Shown: piece after piece, positions 1 to 8,134 of the stretch | Numbering within the stretch: the first letter of the stretch is position 1 | Layout of the letters: every line of letters begins with the position of its first letter | Assembly (NCBI GenBank): GCA_049967475.1 | Contig: JBMFSQ010000023.1 | Span: forward strand, 1 to 13,553 | Length of the DNA stretch: 13,553 nt | Direction: 5' to 3' | Origin: Chthonomonadales bacterium | Lineage (GTDB): Bacteria; Armatimonadota; Chthonomonadetes; Chthonomonadales; CAJBBX01 | Translations under genes and position numbers: made by a program | Notes under the pieces: model-generated | Told to the model about the DNA's origin: nothing | Databases searched by the model: none | The model's input: only the letters and a program-made list of their open reading frames with translations

Positions 1-1082
1 CCCAGGCGCTCCAGCATTCCGGCGGGCGTTACTATGACGCAAGCCCTGCGCGGCGCCGCTCCCTGATACACCAGCTTCGTCCCGTCGAATAGAAACACGT
101 CGGGCTTCGCCTCATCACGGTAAAACTCCCCCGGTACAAGCTTGCCGGCCCGAAGGCGGGAATAGGCGCGCGTGATGCGCACATACAGATCGGGTACGGC
201 ATATCCCCGCGGGTCTACCCACGCGTAACTCGGTTCCAGAGCCGTTTCTTCCTCGAAGTTGTTCCAATCCGCTATGGTAACGAATTGCGGCCTTGCTTTG
301 AGCACCGAGAGCCACATCCGCGTATAGAGCTCGCCGCCTTCTCTGGGCACCTCGTCCGGGTCGCTTCCCGATTGGCTGACGCGCGCGGCGAAACGGTGGC
401 CTGGCCAGATGCTCATGCATTCGCTGAGGACGGGTAAAGGTTCGTAGCATCCCCAGCCCCACGTCTTTCGGGCCTTCATCGCATCCCGGTTATCGCCGTT
501 ATATACCCATCGTACGGTGAAGCGGGCATCCGTAAAGTCTCCGGGGCCATAGTTCTTGTCGGTGTCCACCAAAAGGAGCGGCTTGCCGTCCACCTTGAAA
601 TAGCTGGGGCGCTGCGCCCAGTGTGTCCAATAGAAGTCGGCAGCGCTTCTCTGTCCGGAGGCGCCTTGGGCCCGCATTTCCCCGCCGCCGCACACGCAGA
701 TGGGGATGCGGTTGGATGCCGGCTGCGCATCCATAAAATCGAACCAGGCGCGGATATTGTCGTTTATGCGGCCGCCGTCGTTGCCGCACCCGTTCGTGTC
801 GTCCATGATGAGGAAGTCAATCCCCATGCCGCGGAAGAGCGCAAACTGCTCCTTGATGACAGCGGGATCGCCTTCGGTGTAGCGACCGCGCGTGGGCAGA
901 ATGTGGCAATGCACCCAATGCCTGTATTCGTCGTCTTGCGTCCACCACACGGTGAGCCATAAGCCGATTTTGGGCGTAGATGCTTCCGGTTGATCAGACG
1001 GCGGGTCCATGGAACCCCGCAAAACGTTGAGGTTAGGCGCCCAGCACAACAACGCGACGACCGCCACAAGGAGCGCCGTCAT
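1..1082 (-). CDS. Secreted GH99/GH71-like TIM-barrel glycoside hydrolase (3' end runs off the window)
   Basis: Manual translation from ATG 1082, preceded by SD GAAAGGAGG, is open for 360 codons to the window edge. It begins with a hydrophobic signal (MTALLVAVVALLCWAP). Motifs PTRGRYTEGDPAVIKEQFALFRGMGIDFLIMD, YFKVDGKPLLLV and VTIADWNNFEEETALEPS resemble conserved GH99-like segments. It is absent from the ORF track because there is no stop in the window. Confidence 0.8.
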   Translation of the reverse strand, partial: MTALLVAVVALLCWAPNLNVLRGSMDPPSDQPEASTPKIGLWLTVWWTQDDEYRHWVHCHILPTRGRYTEGDPAVIKEQFALFRGMGIDFLIMDDTNGCGNDGGRINDNIRAWFDFMDAQPASNRIPICVCGGGEMRAQGASGQRSAADFYWTHWAQRPSYFKVDGKPLLLVDTDKNYGPGDFTDARFTVRWVYNGDNRDAMKARKTWGWGCYEPLPVLSECMSIWPGHRFAARVSQSGSDPDEVPREGGELYTRMWLSVLKARPQFVTIADWNNFEEETALEPSYAWVDPRGYAVPDLYVRITRAYSRLRAGKLVPGEFYRDEAKPDVFLFDGTKLVYQGAAPRRACVIVTPAGMLERL

Positions 1083-1147
1083 ACGCGTCCTCCTTTCGTG
1101 CTCACGATTGGATCGCCGGCGTTCCGCCATGCGTCGGCGAAGTTTAT

Positions 1148-1175
1148 AGCCGGGCGAGGCACGCCCCGCCCGGCT
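1148..1175 (-). terminator. GC-rich hairpin (possible terminator/attenuator or REP-like palindrome)
   Basis: Minus strand AGCCGGGCGGGG-CGTG-CCTCGCCCGGCT forms a 12-bp stem with one G-U pair. It is followed by ATAAACTT, which is a poor U-tract. Confidence 0.4.
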
Positions 1176-1227
1176 TCATTGGTGAACGGTGAGGAACGCC
1201 GTTCATAACCCGAAGGCTAAAACGCCG

Positions 1228-1263
1228 CTAGCCCTCTCCGTCCTCCTGTTGGCGTAAACTCAT
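1228..1263 (-). CDS. Putative 11-aa leader peptide MSLRQQEDGEG (alternative in-frame GTG start at 1272)
   Basis: SD AAGGAGGTG (1281-1273) lies 9 nt before ATG 1263 and the stop TAG is at 1230-1228. It is the first ORF after a strong promoter. Confidence 0.3.
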   Translation of the reverse strand: MSLRQQEDGEG

Positions 1264-1295
1264 GTTCGCCACCACCTCCTTCCTTGCCTAACCGT

Positions 1296-1324
1296 ATTAT
1301 AGGTGAATTGAGGCCGCAGGTCAA
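1296..1324 (-). promoter_or_regulatory. sigma70/sigmaA promoter
   Basis: Minus strand TTGACC (1324-1319), 17-nt spacer, TATAAT (1301-1296). This is an 11/12 consensus match with optimal spacing. Predicted TSS ~1289. Confidence 0.8.
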
Positions 1325-1504
1325 GAAGGGGTTGTGCGTCGCTAGTGTACCGTTGATTGTGTAAAGGGGAACGACCGCCCGCCCTCAGTAGATGGATGGG
1401 GACGGGGCAGTGCGGCGGATAGGCGGGCAGTGAAGCTGATCGGGAACAGAACAATCTGAAAAGATTTCGGGTGCCTAGGCGCCACATCCCGCAAGCAGAC
1501 CGGA

Positions 1505-1513
1505 TGGTACACT
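1505..1513 (+). promoter_or_regulatory. Possible extended -10 promoter (TGgTACACT) for the 879-aa gene
   Basis: TG-n-TACACT lies just upstream of SD AGGAAGGAGG (1519-1528) and ATG 1536. No good -35. Confidence 0.35.
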
Positions 1514-1535
1514 CGTTCAGGAAGGAGGGTTCTGA

Positions 1536-4175
1536 ATGCTTCTTCTCGCACTGTTATCGTGTGTGTGCGTCTTCGGCACCCTCGGATGGAAGCCTCAGTC
1601 TCCTGGGACGTCGCGGGATCTCTCCTCGGCGGAACTTTGGGAGCGGCCTGCGTGGGCAGGTGCTCCCAATCTCATAGCGCAGCAAGACGGCGGCTTTGAA
1701 CTTGTGCTGCCCGAGGGCAGGCAATGGGCTGCTGTAGTCCATACGGAAGATGTAGACCTGGGCCACTTCCCGATCTTGACGGTAGACGTGTCTACTCTGT
1801 CTGAAGGGGCCTCCTGGGTTCTCAAGACGGATAATCAACCGTATGACCCCGCTCATCCCCGGGATGTCGTTCCCTCGCCCGCCGGCGGCGACACGCCAGG
1901 CCTCTACCTTGTGGACTTGCGAGAGCTGGGTCGCTGGACCGGCCGTCAGAGCATAGAACTCCGCCTCTTCGTAGTCGGCAAGCCGGGAGCCCGCGTCACA
2001 TTCCGGCGAGTGGTGCTTACAGAAGCTGCGGGATCGAGGCGCGGCGCGTCGGCACTCCTGCCTCGGCCAGACGAAATGCGGGCGCCATGCGGGCCGTGGC
2101 TGGTGTCTTTCCGCCCCTTGGAAGGGCGCTTGACAGTGGCGTTGCCCGGCGCCGCGGGAGGCGTCGCTGTGGATTTACCGCATGGCGACGAACTCCTCTC
2201 CCGCCGGGAGGAGGGGATGGCGGGCAGCACACTATGGGAGGCGGCTACCGCAACCGACTGGGGCCGCTTCCAAACGATCATTCGCGTGACCCAGAGGCCC
2301 CATCCCATGCTTCGATGGACTGTGGAGGCGGTGTGGCGGGCCCCCCACGCCTTGGAGGCCGCACCGCCGGAATGCCGCTACGTATCGTTGGAGAACTCCC
2401 GCCGACTTCGTCTGTACGTTCTCTCCGGGCACCGCTTCGGACAACAGGGCTTCGAGACGGGGCACGCCTTCCTTCCTTGCGACCCGCTGCTGGGCGGAAC
2501 CGCCCTCTACGTGCAGAACCTTACGGCGCTCAATCCATGGTTTCAAGCAACCCACACCTCTGCCAAAGAGGTGGTAAAAGCGGGGGCCGGCGGCTTCGGA
2601 TACGCTCGCACTGCTTCGGGCAAGGAGCTGCCTGCGTCTACGCGCCTCGTTCTTACGGACGCATGGCTCTCCCTCAGCCCCGACGCCGCCCCAGATCCGG
2701 TGGGGCAGGCACGAGCCTATCTGGACCTGCTGGCCGAGATATACACCGATATGGAGCACCCTCCTACGGAATGGACCGATTGGCGTGCTCTGGCATCGCA
2801 AACGCTGGATGTGCTCCAAACGCCCGCCTGTGCCGCCAACCCAGAGGAGGGACGCCTGCGCAACTACGTCAATGAACCGTGGGATCCACACGCCGCCGAA
2901 TTGATGGTGCAGCTCGATCCCTTGGTGGCCGGCTTGCTCTATCAAGAGATCTTCGGAGTGCATTCCCAACTGACGGACCGCATCATCGCCACATTGGAGG
3001 AGTTCTACCTGCCATCCATCCATTGCATCCGAGACTGGAACCGCCAGGACCGCATCACGAAAGCAGATGCTTGGTATGTAATCTTCCCGCTGGTCCAGCT
3101 CGCCAGGGCTGCCGCTATGGGTAGCGATCCCGCCCGCAAATTGGTGGAGGCGTCGCTGCCTGCAGCCATCGCCCTGGCACATGCATGTAACTACCGCTTC
3201 CCAGTGTTCTATAATCCCGAGACGCTGAGTTCCTTCCAGTATGCCGAGCCGGATTGCGCCGGCGCCTACGCCTACTTGATGCTCCAAGCCCGTAACCTGT
3301 TTGGAGGCGGGACGTATCTGGAGGAAGCCCGGAATGCCCTGGACGCTCTGCGAACCTTTGGATTGGACGGCGCGTACGAACTGCACCTTTCCGCACTGGG
3401 GGCGGCGGCTTGTGCCCGCATGTGGAAGGCTACGGGGGACGCATCCTACCTCGCCTGGAGCGCAGTGCCTCTGGGCTCCTTGATGCGCCGTTGCCGTCTT
3501 TGGGATTGCCGCTACGGAACCTTCAACAACGGCGGCTATTTCTTCGGGGTGAGCGCGATGCCGGGCGCGTATCTGGCTCCCTTCGAACAATACCATGCTT
3601 GGCTGGCGCTCAGGGAATTCGACGCCATTGCCCATGAAGCCCTGCCTCCCAGCCTTCGTCGGCTCACGGCAGCCTTCTTGCGGTACACTCCTACAGTGAT
3701 CCGCCACACGCTCCCGCCGTTCATGCCCGCAGACGCTGTAGCGAAGCAGAATGAACGCCATCATCCGAACGATTTGCGCCTGCCCATACCCGTGGAGGAC
3801 GTGGCCGACGGCTGGGAGGAATGCGGCAAGATTGGACAAGAGATCTACGGCTCCGGCGCCGCCATGGCTCTCGCCGCCAAAATGACCTATTTGGTGCCGG
3901 GTGTTCCCATCAAAGTGGTGAGCGAATACCCTGTCACCAGCGCCACGTGGGACGGCGCCGCCGGCAGCCTCCGCATCCGCTTTGCCGGGAGTGGCGCGGA
4001 ACCCGGCCGGGTGCGCGTGGAGTTCGACACTGCCGCTACGGGATGGAGCGATCCTGCCCGGTTGCGGCTGAAGCCCACGCCGCCGACCAACGTCCAGGAC
4101 GTGACCGCGGCTCCTGGCTCCCTCACTTTCCTTGTACCCGGGGAGCGCGAAATCACCATCAGCCCGGTGCGCTGA
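1536..4175 (+). CDS. Secreted uncharacterized protein with a probable (alpha/alpha)6 six-hairpin glycosidase-like domain and flanking beta-rich domains
   Basis: 879-aa ORF with a strong SD and a hydrophobic N-terminus. The C-terminal half has helical-repeat signatures of six-hairpin glycosidases (AYAYLMLQARNLFGGGTYLEEARNALD; AAACARMWKATGDASYL). The N- and C-termini look beta-rich. The function is inferred. Confidence 0.7.
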   Translation: MLLLALLSCVCVFGTLGWKPQSPGTSRDLSSAELWERPAWAGAPNLIAQQDGGFELVLPEGRQWAAVVHTEDVDLGHFPILTVDVSTLSEGASWVLKTDNQPYDPAHPRDVVPSPAGGDTPGLYLVDLRELGRWTGRQSIELRLFVVGKPGARVTFRRVVLTEAAGSRRGASALLPRPDEMRAPCGPWLVSFRPLEGRLTVALPGAAGGVAVDLPHGDELLSRREEGMAGSTLWEAATATDWGRFQTIIRVTQRPHPMLRWTVEAVWRAPHALEAAPPECRYVSLENSRRLRLYVLSGHRFGQQGFETGHAFLPCDPLLGGTALYVQNLTALNPWFQATHTSAKEVVKAGAGGFGYARTASGKELPASTRLVLTDAWLSLSPDAAPDPVGQARAYLDLLAEIYTDMEHPPTEWTDWRALASQTLDVLQTPACAANPEEGRLRNYVNEPWDPHAAELMVQLDPLVAGLLYQEIFGVHSQLTDRIIATLEEFYLPSIHCIRDWNRQDRITKADAWYVIFPLVQLARAAAMGSDPARKLVEASLPAAIALAHACNYRFPVFYNPETLSSFQYAEPDCAGAYAYLMLQARNLFGGGTYLEEARNALDALRTFGLDGAYELHLSALGAAACARMWKATGDASYLAWSAVPLGSLMRRCRLWDCRYGTFNNGGYFFGVSAMPGAYLAPFEQYHAWLALREFDAIAHEALPPSLRRLTAAFLRYTPTVIRHTLPPFMPADAVAKQNERHHPNDLRLPIPVEDVADGWEECGKIGQEIYGSGAAMALAAKMTYLVPGVPIKVVSEYPVTSATWDGAAGSLRIRFAGSGAEPGRVRVEFDTAATGWSDPARLRLKPTPPTNVQDVTAAPGSLTFLVPGEREITISPVR

Positions 4176-4201
4176 CGCCTCCCCGCAATAGGCCGTTCTG
4201 C

Positions 4202-4230
4202 TTGCGCTTAGAGCCTAATCCTGCTAGACT
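4202..4230 (+). promoter_or_regulatory. sigma70-type promoter of uvrB
   Basis: TTGCGC (4202-4207), 17-nt spacer, TAGACT (4225-4230), with an extended -10 TG at 4222-4223. Confidence 0.6.
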
Positions 4231-4278
4231 ACCTTTGTGGATGAGGCGTCGCGCAAGAAGCGATCCACCGAAAAACGC

Positions 4279-6351
<2,073 letters not shown>

Positions 6352-6360
6352 CCGGAAAAG

Positions 6361-6387
6361 GAAGGAATTTGCTGCATCGTGTGGAAC
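6361..6387 (+). promoter_or_regulatory. Possible SigH-type promoter
   Basis: GAAGGAATT-N11-GTGGAAC has one mismatch to the Bacillus SigH consensus RNAGGAWWW-N11-12-RNNGAAT. Confidence 0.3.
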
Positions 6388-6410
6388 TCCTAAACCGGCA
6401 AGCCGAGTAT

Positions 6411-6419
6411 TGGCATAAT
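6411..6419 (+). promoter_or_regulatory. Possible extended -10 promoter (TGgCATAAT)
   Basis: TG-n-CATAAT. The predicted TSS (~6426) coincides with the 5' end of a predicted long stem. Confidence 0.4.
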
Positions 6420-6520
6420 GGAGAGTGCAGGTTGCGAAGGCCCCTGCGGCCATCGCCCTATCCGTGCCCCCTGGTGCCTCCGGACGAGCATGGCCGCTGT
6501 GAGGGAATGCTGTATCGGCA

Positions 6521-6547
6521 GTAACCTTCGCGCTGCCTGTTGCGTCT
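6521..6547 (+). promoter_or_regulatory. Possible ECF sigma promoter
   Basis: GTAACC (6521-6526), 16-nt spacer, CGTCT (6543-6547). This matches the general ECF AAC...CGT pattern and lies ~95 nt upstream of ATG 6643. Confidence 0.45.
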
Positions 6548-6642
6548 TCTAAAATGAGAGACTACCTTGTCCCCGTTCCGGGCTTCGACGCCCAGGCGGT
6601 GGGCTCCTTCTAGGTCATCACGCAAAGAGGGAGGATACCAGG

Positions 6643-7413
6643 ATGAGGAACTTGAGAGGTTGGGCGCGAACCCCGGTGATCGCAGCGGTTGCGCTTGCAG
6701 CGCTGGCACTCTGGAACGGGACCCCCGTGTACGCACAGGGCGGGGGATCCGCGGATGTGGCCAATAAAAAGGTCACACTCAACCTGGAGAACGCCGATAT
6801 CCGCTACGCGCTGCAACTTCTGTTCAAGTCGGCGGGCGTGAACTTTTCGCTGGACCAGGCGGTCAGCGGAACGGTGACGGTGTCCCTTACGGACGTACCG
6901 TTCCGCACAGCCCTGGAGAGCATCCTCCGTTCCACGCAGTCCACCAACCCGCTCACCTATCGGGTTGAGGATGGCGTGTACATTATCAGCCCCAAGAAGG
7001 AAGAGGTTGCTGAGAACCCAACGTCAACTACTGAAGAGAACACGACCAACCAGCCGAAGTACCGCTTCGTGAAGATCCCGTTGAACTTCGCCGACGTGTT
7101 TGACATCGCCAACGCCTTCGGCGGCGATGTGATCGTAAGCCGCTTCTCGTACTTAACATCGGGATCTGGCGGATACGGCGGCGGATATGGTAATGGCTTC
7201 GGCGGGGGCTTCGGCGGCGGCCTAGGCGGCTATGGCGGCGGTTTGGGCGGCTTCGGCGGAGGCTTCGGCGGCCTAGGCGGCTATGGCGGCGGCCTAGGTG
7301 GCTTCGGCGGAGGCTTCGGCAACTTCGGCGGCGGTTTCGGCAATTTCGGCGGGGGCTTTGGCGGAGGCTTCCGGGGCGGCTTCGGCGGCGGCGGCTTCCG
7401 AGGCGGCTTCTAA
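6643..7413 (+). CDS. Exported STN (secretin/TonB N-terminal) domain protein with a Gly/Phe-rich low-complexity C-terminus
   Basis: SD GAGGGAGG. Sec signal ending VYA-Q. KKVTLNLENADIRYALQLLFKSAGVNFSLDQAVSGTVTVSLTDVPFRTALESIL...LTYRVEDGVYII resembles PilQ/GspD N0. FVKIPLNFADVFDIANAF resembles the start of a Secretin_N repeat. The protein then continues as GGF/GGY repeats to the stop. Confidence 0.85.
   Translation: MRNLRGWARTPVIAAVALAALALWNGTPVYAQGGGSADVANKKVTLNLENADIRYALQLLFKSAGVNFSLDQAVSGTVTVSLTDVPFRTALESILRSTQSTNPLTYRVEDGVYIISPKKEEVAENPTSTTEENTTNQPKYRFVKIPLNFADVFDIANAFGGDVIVSRFSYLTSGSGGYGGGYGNGFGGGFGGGLGGYGGGLGGFGGGFGGLGGYGGGLGGFGGGFGNFGGGFGNFGGGFGGGFRGGFGGGGFRGGF
7216..7317 (+). repeat. 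2 x 51-bp tandem repeat (GGLGGYGGGLGGFGGGF) within the Gly-rich tail
   Basis: 7216-7266 and 7267-7317 differ at 4 positions, all synonymous. They are followed by 2 x 21-bp GNFGGGF units (7318-7359). Confidence 0.9.
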
Positions 7414-7433
7414 TCTCGGATTTGCGATCCCTC

Positions 7434-7463
7434 GGTAGGGGCACGGCACGCCGTGCCCCTACC
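7434..7463. repeat. GTAG-family REP-like palindrome between convergent genes (may also act as a bidirectional terminator)
   Basis: GGTAGGGGCACGGC-AC-GCCGTGCCCCTACC is a perfect 14-bp inverted repeat with GTAG at its foot and no U-tract. Confidence 0.7.
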
Positions 7464-7483
7464 TCATATTGCAACCGTGCCCT

Positions 7484-8134
7484 CTACTGCCGGAAGGTAG
7501 GCGGTGCACTGCGGGGGGCGATGCCAACGTACATCATGCCCTTCCAGCACGCCGGCAGAAGCCCGGCCGCAGCCGCTGCCTTTAGAAGGTCTCCAGGAAG
7601 GAAAGGCAGCACACCAAGCATGACGGCGCGCGATAAGCTGGCTGTGGAAAGCGCCAGCCATGCGGCGCCCGAAATCAGGATCAGCACAGATCCCAAAACT
7701 GCAGCTCCAAAAGCTGTGGCCGGACGGCGGTCCCATCCTAATTCCGCCAGATACCCTGCAAGTCCTGCAGCGAGGGGATAGGCAATCAAATATCCCCCAG
7801 TTGGGCCGATAAGGTGGTGGGCTCCCGCTGCGCCGCCGGCAAAGACCGGGATGCCGGCAGCCCCTTCGGCAAGATAGGCGCACAGCGCCAAGAACCCTCC
7901 CCGTGCGCCCAATGCGATTCCCGCAGTCAGCACCCCAAGCGTCTGGAGCGTAACCGGCACAGGCGTAAACGGCAGAGGAAAGCTCACGCGTGCGCAGAGG
8001 GTTACGAAAAGAGACGCGCTGACCACGAGGATCGCGGACGCGGAAGGAATGGAGCGCGTCGTGCCCATCCGGACGCGCCGCGACAGGAACGCGCCACACA
8101 AGGTTTGGGGCGCCACCAAGTGAAAGTCGAGCAT
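7484..8134 (-). CDS. bioY: Biotin transporter BioY (ECF S-component)
   Basis: Motifs PLPFTPVPVTLQTLGV, YLAEGAAGIPVFAGG, GPTGGYLIAY and GVLPFLPGDLLK. Start set at ATG 8134 because of SD GGAGGTG immediately upstream (216 aa). Confidence 0.95.
   Translation of the reverse strand: MLDFHLVAPQTLCGAFLSRRVRMGTTRSIPSASAILVVSASLFVTLCARVSFPLPFTPVPVTLQTLGVLTAGIALGARGGFLALCAYLAEGAAGIPVFAGGAAGAHHLIGPTGGYLIAYPLAAGLAGYLAELGWDRRPATAFGAAVLGSVLILISGAAWLALSTASLSRAVMLGVLPFLPGDLLKAAAAAGLLPACWKGMMYVGIAPRSAPPTFRQ

Larger units (their letters stand above)
1148..1289 (-). ncRNA. Candidate structured sRNA or 5' leader
   Basis: Lies directly downstream of the TTGACC-17-TATAAT promoter. Contains hairpin 1271-1250, a long bulged hairpin 1242-1185 capped by a C(UUCG)G tetraloop, and hairpin 1175-1148. 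The wobble pairs are G-U on the minus strand. Confidence 0.4.

Noticed and set aside
115..1208. Short ORFs listed in 115-1208 on both strands
   Set aside because: They are alternative frames of the real minus-strand gene starting at 1082, which has an SD, a signal peptide and family motifs.
1231..1241. GGAGAG on the minus strand resembling a glycine riboswitch
   Set aside because: No CCGAAG or CUCUCAGG elements follow at appropriate positions.
1361..1372. GTAAAGGGGAAC resembling the cobalamin riboswitch AAAGGGAA segment
   Set aside because: The following GGUG..AAUCC stem and GCCACUG B12 box are absent.
2232..3839. 535-aa antisense ORF
   Set aside because: Shadow of the 879-aa gene. Long antisense frames are common in GC-rich coding DNA and it has no recognisable motifs.
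7159..7410. Repeats as a possible CRISPR array or non-coding VNTR
   Set aside because: The units are in-frame, lack unique spacers and differ only synonymously, so they are coding low-complexity sequence.
7028..7474. Arg/Ser-rich 148-aa minus ORF
   Set aside because: Antisense reading of the GGC-rich glycine repeat.
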